Part shown: positions 1 to 9,369 of the stretch, one piece after another
Position numbering within the stretch: the stretch's first letter is position 1
Layout of the letters: each line of letters starts with the position of its first letter
DNA from: a virus
Taxonomy: Duplodnaviria; Caudoviricetes
Length of the DNA: 64,000 nt
Reading direction: 5' to 3' (one strand)
Virus record (IMG/VR): IMGVR_UViG_2675903066_000001
Span: 30,717-94,716 of that record
Notes under the pieces: generated by a model
Databases searched by the model: none
What the model was told of the DNA's origin: nothing
What the model saw: only the letters and a program-made list of their open reading frames with translations
Program-made: the position numbers and the translations under genes

Positions 1-77
1 CGCTTCGAGGGGGAGATCCGCCGCGGCTGACCACGTCGATGCCGCCCACCTAGGGCAGTGCACGTGTCGATCTGGAG

Positions 78-1364
78 CTAGTACATGGGGACGGGTTCGA
101 GGAGGCGAATCCACGCCGCTTGCGTAGTGTGGACGGCGTACCGGAGGGCGTCCACGCTGTGGTCGTCCACCTTGACCGGGGCGTCGTCGCCCTTCTCGGC
201 TTTCTTGTCGTCCCAGGCGTAGCCGGCCATCTCGTCGAGGAGGTAGCGGCAGCTCTCGTGCACCCGCAGGTGATCGGCTGAGATCACGTTCGAGACGGTG
301 CGGATGCCGTCCAGCACGCTGTTGTCGGCCTGCATCGGCCGGTAGTGGTCCCGGTACAGCTGCTGGATGAAGCTGGCCGCGCTCGGGTCGACGATCAGCC
401 ACTCAGGCCTGACGCCGTGCGTGCCAGGCCCGTACGTGCCGGGGATGTTGTCCAGCCAGTCCGTCAGCCGCGCGCTGTACTCGCCGTCCGTGAGCTGCCT
501 GCGTTCCGCGCGGGAGTCGTACCGCAGTTCGGAGGCGACGTAGATGCGGCGCTGCCCGTCCCGGTCGGGGACGCTGACGCCGAGCAGGAGCGCGGCGAAC
601 GGGTTGGTCGTGCCATAGTCGATCCCCACGGACAGCCACTTCTCCATCAGCGGCAGCGCGGTGACGACGTGCTTGTCCTCGTCGAACATGTCGTAGATCG
701 CGCCTTCGGCCATGACCCACAGGCCGCTGATGAAGCGCTTGTACCAGAGCCCGCTGTACTCGCTCTTGAGCGCCTTGACATAGGCCGGGTCGAGGCTGTG
801 GTTGTCGTCGAGCGAGAAGTGCCAGCTCCTGAGGTCGAGCTCGTGGGCCCGGTCGAGGAAGTCCTTCTTCAGCCAGTGCGACGGCGCGTCAGGGTTCGTG
901 CTCCCGAACAACTTGGCGCCCGTTACGGACAGGCGGCTGAGCAGCATGTCCCAGAACGCCCGGTCGATCAGCGTGATCTCGTCAACGTACGCGCCAACCG
1001 CCGTCATGCCTCGCAGGCGGTTCTCCGCTCGGGCGTCGTTGGAGGTGACGATCTCGACGGTGCGGCCGAGAATCTTCGCGGTCGGCGCACCTCTGGTGTA
1101 GGTGATCCTTTTGGCGATCGGGCCGGTGATCGCGGGGTCCATGAGCGGCTCAAAGACGTTTCTGCCGACGGTGTCGCTCGTCTTGCCGACGACGACCAGG
1201 CTCCCACCTCGCGGCGCGTTCGCCACGAAGATCACCCAGCGAATAAGCGAGGCGATGGTTTTCCCCGACCGGATGGCCCCCTGCCAGATGTTCAGGCGGG
1301 CCGTCGACTCGGCGATGCTCTTCTCTTGCTTCGGCGACAGCTTGATCGCCATGGCCAGGCTCAC
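78..1364 (-). CDS. terL: Phage terminase large subunit (PBSX-like)
   Basis: Walker A GAIRSGKT, Walker B AYVDE, STNP coupling motif, C-terminal nuclease motifs GIDYG and DHSVDALRY. Confidence 0.95.
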   Translation of the reverse strand: MSLAMAIKLSPKQEKSIAESTARLNIWQGAIRSGKTIASLIRWVIFVANAPRGGSLVVVGKTSDTVGRNVFEPLMDPAITGPIAKRITYTRGAPTAKILGRTVEIVTSNDARAENRLRGMTAVGAYVDEITLIDRAFWDMLLSRLSVTGAKLFGSTNPDAPSHWLKKDFLDRAHELDLRSWHFSLDDNHSLDPAYVKALKSEYSGLWYKRFISGLWVMAEGAIYDMFDEDKHVVTALPLMEKWLSVGIDYGTTNPFAALLLGVSVPDRDGQRRIYVASELRYDSRAERRQLTDGEYSARLTDWLDNIPGTYGPGTHGVRPEWLIVDPSAASFIQQLYRDHYRPMQADNSVLDGIRTVSNVISADHLRVHESCRYLLDEMAGYAWDDKKAEKGDDAPVKVDDHSVDALRYAVHTTQAAWIRLLEPVPMY

Positions 1365-1855
1365 GCTTCGCCCCCGGCGTCGTCGTATCCGATCTCGCCG
1401 ATCACCTCGGCCTGAAGGATCACGTCCGTGTCCGGGTCGGGCACGTTGTGGCGCTGCTGCAGCTGGATCAGCATGTTGCCGAGCAGGCTGGCCATGTCGT
1501 TGTCGGCCGCGCCGTTCCGGTTGATCAGGTCCAGGCCGAGCAGGCTCGCCCGCTTGTTCACGATCTTCAGCGCGGCTTCGACGGCGTTGACCTCGCCCTT
1601 GATCACCTTCGGCCAGACCGCCGCCATCATCCGGTCGAGCCGGTTGATCTCCAGGTTCAGCAACTCCTCAGCCGCCATCGACTCCTGCTTGGCGGCCCGC
1701 TTCAACGCGGCCGTGATGTCCTTGGACACCAGCTGCGGCGACGAATAGCCGAGCCGCTGAGCGATCACCGCGTTGCTGACCCCGGCGATCCGCATCTGCA
1801 AGGCCTGGTAGCGGCGCTCATGCCGGGCCAATTTCGTCTGTGCGTCCTCAGCCAT
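1361..1855 (-). CDS. Putative terminase small subunit (HTH protein)
   Basis: N-terminal HTH (GVSNAVIAQRLGY); overlaps the terL start by 4 nt. Confidence 0.7.
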   Translation of the reverse strand: MAEDAQTKLARHERRYQALQMRIAGVSNAVIAQRLGYSSPQLVSKDITAALKRAAKQESMAAEELLNLEINRLDRMMAAVWPKVIKGEVNAVEAALKIVNKRASLLGLDLINRNGAADNDMASLLGNMLIQLQQRHNVPDPDTDVILQAEVIGEIGYDDAGGEA

Positions 1856-1882
1856 GAGGGGAGCCGCCTCCTTCCGTCAGCG

Positions 1883-2644
1883 TTACCGCTGGCGCTCTGC
1901 GTGCGTTCGCAGCGCTGCCACCACCACATCCGCGAGCGGCACGGCACCGTCCCGCGCGCGGATGGCCGCGATCAGGCCCGTCACCTCGTCGTGCTGCGCG
2001 GCCGTCAGCGGCACGATCAGCTCGACCAGCGCGCCCGCCTTCGGCCGAGGAGGAGGCGCGGCCGCCGCGGCGGGGCCAACGTCGCCGGCGTCGTCCTCTT
2101 CGTCCTCGTCGTCCTGGCCCTCGTCGGCCTGGTCGTCGTCGACGTCGGCCAACTCGTCCTCGTCAACGTCGCGGGCAGAGGCGGGGACCGGGGCCGGCGC
2201 GGGCCTCGGCTGGGCGGGCTCGTCCTGCACGATCTCGATCTCGTTGCCGAGGTCGTGCAGGATGTCCGCGAGGTCCTCCTCCCGCCACCCCGTGCCGTCG
2301 AGGTCGGGAAGCGACTGGAGCAGCTCGGCGAGCTTGCCGTCGTCGTACTCTCCGTACTCGGCGAGCCGGTTGTCCGCCAGCATGATCCGCTTCGCGGTCT
2401 CGTCGTCCACGTCGATGACGACGGTGGGCACGTGCTTCAGCCCGGCCTTGGTTGCGCCGCGCCAGCGGTGCTCACCAGCGATGATCCGCATCCGGGACTT
2501 CTGCGCGACGACGGACCCGTAGAAGCCGTGCTTCCGGATCGACGCCACGATCACGTCGATGTCGCCGCGGTGCGGGTTGTCCGGGTGCGGCTTCAGGTCG
2601 CGGACCGCGACCATCCGGTATTCCTGCGGCGCGATCTCCGCCAT
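1883..2644 (-). CDS. ParB/Srx N-terminal domain protein with acidic linker
   Basis: LKPHPDNPH...IIAGEHRWR...LADNR ParB-nuclease signature, a common neighbour of terminases. Confidence 0.85.
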   Translation of the reverse strand: MAEIAPQEYRMVAVRDLKPHPDNPHRGDIDVIVASIRKHGFYGSVVAQKSRMRIIAGEHRWRGATKAGLKHVPTVVIDVDDETAKRIMLADNRLAEYGEYDDGKLAELLQSLPDLDGTGWREEDLADILHDLGNEIEIVQDEPAQPRPAPAPVPASARDVDEDELADVDDDQADEGQDDEDEEDDAGDVGPAAAAAPPPRPKAGALVELIVPLTAAQHDEVTGLIAAIRARDGAVPLADVVVAALRTHAERQR

Positions 2645-2662
2645 CAGCCCTCCCGCAGCAGG

Positions 2663-2902
2663 TCAGTATTCGGGGTGGTCGTCATCGGCTGCCACGGCAT
2701 CGATCCACTGCGGCGGGGCCGGCTCGACGACCTCGACGGTCTGCTCGGTCACCCACATCGCGCGGGCGCCGATCTTCTCCGAGAAGTCGTTGAGCGACTC
2801 GGTGTCGTCGCCGGGCTGGGCCTGGTCCACGATCAGCGCGAACGGCTCCTCGTGGATGCCGCCCATCTCGATCAGCGGGAGCTGCAGGACTTGGATGCGC
2901 AC
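2663..2902 (-). CDS. Hypothetical phage protein
   Basis: Fits the leftward operon and abuts the next ORF. Confidence 0.55.
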   Translation of the reverse strand: MRIQVLQLPLIEMGGIHEEPFALIVDQAQPGDDTESLNDFSEKIGARAMWVTEQTVEVVEPAPPQWIDAVAADDDHPEY

Positions 2903-3198
2903 TACTCGCCCGCCGCGCCCAGCTCGGAGAACCGGCGCTCGAAGATCGACGCCGCGACGGGCCAGAACTCGCCCCCGCCGTCGTGCAGGACGTAGTCGCC
3001 GAGGTACGCGCGGCGCATCCCCTCAGGCGTCTGGATGTCGACGTACTCGCCCGAGCGGCCGCGGAGCGCTGTCCGGCCGATGATGCCCTTCAGGTTCGAG
3101 TGCTTGTTGATCCAGGCCACGACCTCCGGGACCTGGCCGCCGAGGACCTTGACGGCCTCGACCAGCTCGGGCACGTGCTGGTACTCCTTGATGTCCAT
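2902..3198 (-). CDS. Hypothetical phage protein (GDY-motif family)
   Basis: VEAVK...TPEG...LGDYVL...GEFWPV...IFE pattern typical of small phage proteins; GGAG RBS. Confidence 0.65.
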   Translation of the reverse strand: MDIKEYQHVPELVEAVKVLGGQVPEVVAWINKHSNLKGIIGRTALRGRSGEYVDIQTPEGMRRAYLGDYVLHDGGGEFWPVAASIFERRFSELGAAGE

Positions 3199-3278
3199 GC
3201 CGCCACTCCATTCTTAGCGTGCGCGTGAATTTCCGCATTAGGTGGTTCTCTACTTAGGGGGCTAGGTAGAGTAAGAGC

Positions 3279-3620
3279 ATGCCTAAACGAGCAGGGCCGC
3301 GGATGACGCTGCCCACGCAACTTGTCCTTCGAGCCCTGCTCGAAGACCCCACAAGAGAGATGTACGGGCTGGAGATATGCGCAGCCGCCGGTCTGCCCAC
3401 AGGTACTATCCACCCGATTCTCGCCCGCTTCGAAGGGCTAGGCTGGCTCACGTCACATTGGGAAGATGCCGACCCGCACGAGAAGGGTCGTCCTCGGCGC
3501 CGCTATTACAGACTCACGCCGGATGGCATAGTGCAGGCACGTGATGCCCTGGCCACGGCGCACACCCAGGTCGCCAGAATCTCTGCCGCAAGGCGTGGTC
3601 TGTTGGGCGGGACCGCATGA
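3279..3620 (+). CDS. PadR family transcriptional regulator
   Basis: MYGLEI...GTIHPILARFE..GW...RRRYYRLT.DG wHTH signature. Confidence 0.9.
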   Translation: MPKRAGPRMTLPTQLVLRALLEDPTREMYGLEICAAAGLPTGTIHPILARFEGLGWLTSHWEDADPHEKGRPRRRYYRLTPDGIVQARDALATAHTQVARISAARRGLLGGTA

Positions 3621-4480
3621 CTGCAGACGCGAACTCCCTATACGCGATCAGGCATCGTCAGCCCAGCCTGGAGGAGGCTTGCCTGATCTTGGAGTTTATA
3701 GCCAAGGAAATAGACAACGGAATCGAGCCACTCGCCGAACATGGAGCGTATGACTGTAGAGCCGTCACCACGTGGATGAATGAGCTAGCAGCTAGCCTCG
3801 AAGAGGCGAACATCCCCTCCTATGCAGGGAACGAGGTCTTCGAGCTCTTCCACCGTTTGGAGCGTGAGCTCGACGTTCTTCACGCTGCGGTCCGCAACTC
3901 CCGACCCAACTACGAGATTGCAAGCGTTGAGGATCGTGTGCGGCTGCTCGCTTACGAACTTCACCGCGTTCTAGACCGGCATCGGTTCAGACCTGCCGTG
4001 GTTCCTTATGAGAACGTCCAGCCGGTTTCCGACAAGCCTCGCGTTGAAGTCGCGCGCCCTGCCACGCGCATGGTTAAACTCGCCCTCTTCATGCTGCCCC
4101 ATGCTCACCGCGAACGCTACGACGAAGAAGCTCACAGCGAGTTGTACGACTTGGCACGAGCTAAGGCCACTGCCAGCATGCAGGTTTATCACGCCTTGCG
4201 ATACGGCATCCGAATGGTGCAGCTTCGCAGCGCCTTGAAGGATCCGGCCCGACGGAGTTGGGAACCCGTTCTACAGGTTACGTGCTGGATTTTGGCGACG
4301 GAGTTTCGGACATGGCTGATCATCGGCTCAGTGACGACCGCCGCTCTGATCAACGTCGTGGCGGAACAGGGATGGGGCTCCGCTGTACTCGCAGCTCCAA
4401 CCGCATGGATGTTTCACCACGGAGCACGATGGCTTCGCAAGCGCCTCGGCCTGTCATTGAAGGAGGGCGATGAGGAGTAA
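3617..4480 (+). CDS. Hypothetical protein with C-terminal membrane segments, coupled to PadR
   Basis: ATGA overlap with PadR, lower GC, two hydrophobic helices at the C-terminus. Confidence 0.7.
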   Translation: MTADANSLYAIRHRQPSLEEACLILEFIAKEIDNGIEPLAEHGAYDCRAVTTWMNELAASLEEANIPSYAGNEVFELFHRLERELDVLHAAVRNSRPNYEIASVEDRVRLLAYELHRVLDRHRFRPAVVPYENVQPVSDKPRVEVARPATRMVKLALFMLPHAHRERYDEEAHSELYDLARAKATASMQVYHALRYGIRMVQLRSALKDPARRSWEPVLQVTCWILATEFRTWLIIGSVTTAALINVVAEQGWGSAVLAAPTAWMFHHGARWLRKRLGLSLKEGDEE

Positions 4481-4485
4481 ATGGC

Positions 4486-5274
4486 CTAGCGATTGATCCA
4501 CACGGACTCCACGGCGTGCCTCCGCTCGTCTGAGCTGGAGGCGCGCACTCGGTAGTCGATGCGGCGCCAGTCGGAGAGCAGCTCGTCGTACAGCTCGCTG
4601 CGGTACCCGGACAGCACCACGGCTCCCTTGCAGGCGGCGAGGACCTCCAGGAGGCGGCGGTGCTCGGGCTCCAGGTCCATCTCCTTGACGTAGTGGCCAG
4701 AGCCGAACTCGTTCCGCGTGCTGCGCAGGTACGGCGGGTCGACGTACATCGCGGTCTGCGGCGAGTCCATCCGCTCGATCAGCTCGAACGCGTCCACCTG
4801 CTCGATGAACGCCTCCCGCAGCCGAGCCGCGTGCCAGCGCAGAGCCGCGGCGGCCCGCTTGGAGCCGGCCGGGTTGTTGACCCGCGTTCTCGAGGTCGGC
4901 CTGCGCCAGGAGGCGCCGGCCTCACCGCTGCGGGACTGCGTGCACTGGATCCACCAGCGGCGGGCGCGCTCCAGGTCTGACGCGGTGTTGTCGCCCAGCT
5001 TGGCGGCCTGGTGCTCGGCGCGGGCGTACGGCGTCAGCTCGATCGCGCGGATCAGCGATCGGGGCCGATCGCGCAGCGTCCTCATGAAGCAGATGAGGTC
5101 GCCGTTGATGTCGTTGATCGTCTCGATCTGGACGGGCTGCTTGGCGAAGAACACCGCGGCGCTGCCCGCGAAGGGTTCGACGTACACCTCGTGCGGCGGC
5201 AGGAGGCTGGCCAGGAACGGGCCCAGCCTGCCCTTGGCGCCGTAGTACTGGAACGGAGGGCGCAGGGCATCCAA
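4486..5274 (-). CDS. DNA adenine methyltransferase (Dam/D12 class)
   Basis: YYGAK, YVEPFAGSAAV (motif I), IND and DPPY (motif IV). Confidence 0.92.
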   Translation of the reverse strand: MDALRPPFQYYGAKGRLGPFLASLLPPHEVYVEPFAGSAAVFFAKQPVQIETINDINGDLICFMRTLRDRPRSLIRAIELTPYARAEHQAAKLGDNTASDLERARRWWIQCTQSRSGEAGASWRRPTSRTRVNNPAGSKRAAAALRWHAARLREAFIEQVDAFELIERMDSPQTAMYVDPPYLRSTRNEFGSGHYVKEMDLEPEHRRLLEVLAACKGAVVLSGYRSELYDELLSDWRRIDYRVRASSSDERRHAVESVWINR

Positions 5275-5319
5275 GGCGGGCCCTCCTCGCTATGGTGACG
5301 TAGTGGACGATTCGATCAG

Positions 5320-5619
5320 GTGTGCGATCCGGTGAAGCCGAACCCGTACGACGATGAGGCGTATCCGGTCCCGAAGCCGCCGCTGGTCGCGTACGCACCC
5401 GCGGGGGAGTTCGATGATCGGGGCGTGTTCCTGCTGGCCTGGCGGCGGGTGGACGGCGGCCGCTGGGAGGGCCTGGTGACGTGGGTGGTCACCACGCGGT
5501 CGGGGGCCGGGGAGATGCACCGGAAGTTCGTCGAGTGGGTACCCGCCGATGACCTGCATCAGGTCCCGGCTGAGGCAATGCGCGACAGGTACAAGGGAGT
5601 GCCGAGGTTCACTCAGTGA
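5320..5619 (+). CDS. Hypothetical protein
   Basis: Plausible Trp-rich small ORF divergent from the Dam gene. Confidence 0.5.
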   Translation: MCDPVKPNPYDDEAYPVPKPPLVAYAPAGEFDDRGVFLLAWRRVDGGRWEGLVTWVVTTRSGAGEMHRKFVEWVPADDLHQVPAEAMRDRYKGVPRFTQ

Positions 5620-5796
5620 CCGGTGCGAGCGTGGGAGCGCTTCTGTCTCTTGTGTCTCGCGTCATGGTGCGTGACCTGCGGAAACGCGCGAAAGAGCGCG
5701 TAATGATCATGGTGTGCGCGATGCTGTGACCAGCGGAAACGTGCTGTCGTCTCGCCTAAGGCACCGTGTCGCGGACCTATTCCCTTACATGCGGAA

Positions 5797-5843
5797 GCGC
5801 TAGATAGACGCTCAGCGTTGACTACAGCGCGTCTATCTAGCGC
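5797..5843. repeat. Perfect 15-bp inverted repeat with 17-bp spacer
   Basis: GCGCTAGATAGACGC at 5797-5811 and GCGTCTATCTAGCGC at 5829-5843. Confidence 0.9.
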
Positions 5844-6044
5844 GTTCTGGTCCGATCAAAGCGCAGCATCACCAGACACGGAGCAGCCGATACTGCTCGA
5901 CATCCTCAGCGTGCCCCACCGAGACGTGGCACCCAGTGCACACCGCGCGGTCAGCCCACGTACCCAGGTTGATCGCACCGCAGTGGTGCACCCACGCCGA
6001 CTTGTCCAGCGCGCTCGATCCCGACCTGGGCACGCAGCCTCCCT

Positions 6045-7019
6045 CTACTCCAGCGCCGACGCCACCAGCTGCGACGGATCCCGCTCCAACAGGCGGCCGG
6101 AGTGCACGTACCGCATGGTCGTATCCATCGACTCGTGGTCCAACGCGTCCTTGATCTCGAACGAGTCCGCGCCCAGCTCCGCAGCGATCGACGCCCACGT
6201 GTGCCGCAGGACGTGCGGCGTGATGCTCAACCCCGCCTGACGGCCGACCCGCGCCACCAGCTCCGACGCCGACGACCGGTAGAAACGGCCACCCGTGTCC
6301 GTCACGAAGATCCGCCCCGTCAGCTGCGACACCTCGACGCCGGCGCGGCGAGCCCGATCCTCCAGATACCGGTCAATCGCATACCCGGTCTCCACCGGCA
6401 AGCGGCGCCTCTTCGGCTTGGTGCCCTTACCGACGATCCTCAGGCTTCGCAGGCCGCGCTCATACCCGAGTGCGGCCAAGTCCGCCGACACTGCCTCCTC
6501 GATCCGGACCCCGGTCTGCACCAGCACCCGGATGAACGCCGACGTCCGCAGCCGGGCCGGCCCGTGGTCAGAGTCGGCCGCGGCAATCAGCTGACGGGCC
6601 TCGGCCAAGGTCAGCGCCGTCGTCTCGGAGTGGTTGCGCGACAGCTTCGGCCTGCGCGTGCCCTTGAACCGGTTGGCGTCGATGACCTCCTCGTCGACGA
6701 GGTAGTCGTACCAGGCCGACACCGACGACAGGCGCCGCGACATGGTGGCCGGGGGCACCGCCTTACCGGTCTTCTCCACGGCGCGGAGATCGAGCCAACG
6801 CTTGTAGACGTCGCCGTGCGACTTGCGCGCCTGGAGCGGGTCAAGCCCGGTCTCCCGGCAGAAGTCGAACCACATCGCGAGGTCGCGCCGGTAGCCGTCC
6901 CGCGTGTTCGGCGAGTCGTACGACAGCAGCCACGACATCGTCGCGTCCTGAGCGAAGCCGAGCAGACCGGGCGGGAACGCGAGTTCTCCGCCCCCGCGCG
7001 GCACCAGTTCGGCGGTCAC
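6045..7019 (-). CDS. Tyrosine recombinase (XerC/D-like resolvase/integrase)
   Basis: SPNTRDGYRRDL core-binding domain, TGVRIEE (Arg), GKG (Lys), PHVLRH, LDH and TTMRY (catalytic Tyr). Confidence 0.93.
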   Translation of the reverse strand: MTAELVPRGGGELAFPPGLLGFAQDATMSWLLSYDSPNTRDGYRRDLAMWFDFCRETGLDPLQARKSHGDVYKRWLDLRAVEKTGKAVPPATMSRRLSSVSAWYDYLVDEEVIDANRFKGTRRPKLSRNHSETTALTLAEARQLIAAADSDHGPARLRTSAFIRVLVQTGVRIEEAVSADLAALGYERGLRSLRIVGKGTKPKRRRLPVETGYAIDRYLEDRARRAGVEVSQLTGRIFVTDTGGRFYRSSASELVARVGRQAGLSITPHVLRHTWASIAAELGADSFEIKDALDHESMDTTMRYVHSGRLLERDPSQLVASALE

Positions 7020-7513
7020 GGCTCGCGCTCGGCCGAGCGGGAAGTGATCTCGGCGAGCGCCTCCTGCAGAGCCGGGTTGCCTGCGGCAAGCTGCTCCAGC
7101 TCAGGGCCGGCGATCTCGTAAAGGGCGGCGGCCTCCGGGGCGCGGGACTGCAGCGCGGCGGCGATGCCTTCCGGGGTAGCGTCGGGCCAACGAGTGTGGA
7201 CGCGACGCACCACCGCGGCGTACAGCTCGGCCGTTTCGCTCGCGGATGCTGCCGGGTCGAGCTCGATGGAGTTGGACGGCCGGGTGTCGTCGGTGCGGAG
7301 ATGCGTGCGAACGAGCTCATAGTTGCTGAGCATCCCGCCACCACGCACCGGCGCACCCTTGACCGCCTGGTGTGTCTTCCGCAGCAGGGCGAGCACCGCC
7401 CGCAGGTCCTGCGGGTCCAGGCCGGCCAGCGCGTTGACCGCGCGCCGATCCTCCGCGCCGAGGGGGACGCCCAGCTCGTCGAACAGGGCCACGATGTGCT
7501 GAAGGTTCCGCAT
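7016..7513 (-). CDS. Hypothetical protein coupled to the recombinase
   Basis: Stop codon overlaps the recombinase start. Confidence 0.6.
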   Translation of the reverse strand: MRNLQHIVALFDELGVPLGAEDRRAVNALAGLDPQDLRAVLALLRKTHQAVKGAPVRGGGMLSNYELVRTHLRTDDTRPSNSIELDPAASASETAELYAAVVRRVHTRWPDATPEGIAAALQSRAPEAAALYEIAGPELEQLAAGNPALQEALAEITSRSAEREP

Positions 7514-7547
7514 CAGAAACCACCGCCGACGCTGAAGGCCGTCACGT

Positions 7548-7790
7548 TCATAGCTCCACCTGCCGGAACACGACGGTGGCCTTGTAACGGCCGTCGTACT
7601 CGGGGTCCGGCTCGGACTCGGCCGACACGACGTGCAGCTCCGCGTCGTCGCCGAAGAAGCGTGCGGCTTCGTGGAGTGCGCGGCGTCGGAGTTCGTCTGG
7701 GCTGAAGCCGATGACGTGGACGCTGTGTTGGAAGGTGAAGTCGGGTGCGGCCGGGTTCGGCGGGCCGCCTTCCGCGTGGTTCATGATCAC
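7548..7790 (-). CDS. Hypothetical protein
   Basis: Small acidic ORF heading the recombinase operon. Confidence 0.5.
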   Translation of the reverse strand: MIMNHAEGGPPNPAAPDFTFQHSVHVIGFSPDELRRRALHEAARFFGDDAELHVVSAESEPDPEYDGRYKATVVFRQVEL

Positions 7791-7839
7791 TTTCTCTCTG
7801 CCGCAGGGGAGAGTACATGATCAGCCTAGCTAATGATCA

Positions 7840-7865
7840 ATGGTCATAACAGCGATTATGACCAT
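7840..7865. other. dif-like tyrosine-recombinase core site
   Basis: ATGGTCATAA-CAGCGA-TTATGACCAT: perfect 10-bp arms, 6-bp spacer, inner CATAA/TTATG ends as in Xer dif sites. Confidence 0.7.
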
Positions 7866-7916
7866 GTCTTAGCGATCTTGAGGTGAGTCCGCTTTCAGGC
7901 GTCGGAGATCGCGGCC

Positions 7917-8489
7917 GTGGCAGACAATGACCTCATGACAACTCCCCCACCACTAGCCCGGCTGCTTATCGTCGCCGCCAAAAAAGCCCTCGCGGCAGTC
8001 GGCCTGACGTTAGTGTTTCTTGTCGTCGGCACGACCGAAGGCATCTTTGATCCTGAGCCGGACTGGCTGCTCTGGCTCTTCAGTGGCGCAGCCGTGGTTT
8101 CCCTAGGGTCGTCGCTAGTGCTCAGCTGGTACACCGACAGACCGCGCCGCGCAGCAGTCGAGCAAGCCGAACGAAGCCCGTCCGAACGGCTACGCGAACT
8201 CAACACAATGGTCGAGTCCTCCATGGCGGTCACCGCCCAATTCATGGACCGACTCGTACGCGAACTCGAATCACAGAAAGCCGCCGCCGAGGCAACCATC
8301 GCGGAAGGTGAGGAGCGGGCTCGGTGGCTGGACATCAACAAGGGCGAAGCCGAGAAGATGCGGCAGCTCCTCGTCGGCGAGACGAAGGCGACCATCAGCG
8401 CCCAGCGTCGTCGCGACTGGATGCTCGTCGGCATCGGCGCGCTCATCTCGATCCCCATCGGAGCCATGATCAACTTGCTTGTGCCATGA
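7917..8489 (+). CDS. Membrane protein with coiled coil
   Basis: Two N-terminal TM helices, a coiled coil and a C-terminal TM helix. Confidence 0.7.
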   Translation: MADNDLMTTPPPLARLLIVAAKKALAAVGLTLVFLVVGTTEGIFDPEPDWLLWLFSGAAVVSLGSSLVLSWYTDRPRRAAVEQAERSPSERLRELNTMVESSMAVTAQFMDRLVRELESQKAAAEATIAEGEERARWLDINKGEAEKMRQLLVGETKATISAQRRRDWMLVGIGALISIPIGAMINLLVP

Positions 8490-8624
8490 AAACGAGACCT
8501 CACGGGCGACGGCGCCTTCTGCGTTTTGGGGGGTGGTGCCCCCTGGCGTGGTCGGGCGCGGGCCGGCTGGTTGTGGGTGGGTCTGCGTCGAGGAGGACCA
8601 GGCCGTCGTCGACGTGCGCCGCGG

Positions 8625-8822
8625 TCAGCGCAGGCCGGGGAACATCTGGTCTAGGTTCGCGGCGGCGGAGCTGGTCGCGAGGGCCAGGTGCAGCCGCGTC
8701 CATGCGTCGGCGAGGGTGACGCACGACTGGACGTGCACGGTGTCGTCGAGGTGCTCGGCCGCCTGGTCGAGGAGTTCGCCTGCTTTCGCCGCGGCGATGC
8801 TGGCAGCCTCCGAGGGGATCAT
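8625..8822 (-). CDS. Hypothetical protein
   Basis: MIPSEAASIAA...; ATGA overlap with the upstream HTH gene. Confidence 0.5.
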   Translation of the reverse strand: MIPSEAASIAAAKAGELLDQAAEHLDDTVHVQSCVTLADAWTRLHLALATSSAAANLDQMFPGLR

Positions 8823-9058
8823 GCGGACGCTCCGGCCGAGGTGGTCGTGTTCGTCTCGGTGCGGGAGCGGGTGTCGCCGCCGCGGTGTCGGAGTTCGGCG
8901 CCGGCCTCCTCGAGGAGCTGGTGCACGAACCCGTACGACCGGCCGATCGACAGGGCGATCGCGCGGATCGACTCGCCGGAGCGGTACCGGAGGGCTACGG
9001 CTTGGGCGGCCTGGGCGCGCTCGGCGCCGACGATGCGGACGTTGGGTCGCAGCTGCAT
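8819..9058 (-). CDS. Small actinobacterial HTH DNA-binding protein
   Basis: RYRSGESIRAIALSIGRSYGFVHQLLEEAGAELRHRGG resembles a conserved actinomycete HTH family; RBS precedes ATG 9058. Confidence 0.85.
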   Translation of the reverse strand: MQLRPNVRIVGAERAQAAQAVALRYRSGESIRAIALSIGRSYGFVHQLLEEAGAELRHRGGDTRSRTETNTTTSAGASA

Positions 9059-9098
9059 GGGGGGCCTTTCCTGTTGTCGAGGGTGGAGAATCGGGAGC

Positions 9099-9344
9099 AT
9101 GCAGACGTACGAGGCCGGACGCCCGGTCGAACTGGACGCCCGGGAGCGGTTGATCCTCGTGTACCGCCTCGTCGCCGCCGAGCCGCTGTCGCGCAAGCAG
9201 CTTGGCGCCGTCCTGGGCATCTCGGACGCCAGGGTCAGGCAGCTGGAGTCCAAGCTGATGAGCAAGCTTCGGTTCGGCCTGACCGTGGAGTTTCCCGCAT
9301 CCGAGCAGTACGAGGTGCCGGCCCCGCGGGACCTGCCGCGCTGA
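9099..9344 (+). CDS. Stand-alone sigma-70 region 4-like protein
   Basis: LDARERLILVYR...LSRKQLGAVLGISDARVRQLESKLMSKLR; GGGAG RBS. Confidence 0.8.
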   Translation: MQTYEAGRPVELDARERLILVYRLVAAEPLSRKQLGAVLGISDARVRQLESKLMSKLRFGLTVEFPASEQYEVPAPRDLPR

Positions 9345-9369
9345 CTCGGGACCGGTGCGTCGAGGGTGT

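Noticed and set aside
6045-7019. Classical prophage integrase with attL/attR
   Set aside because: No tRNA, att duplication or host genes adjacent; the gene is internal to the element and next to a symmetric dif-like site
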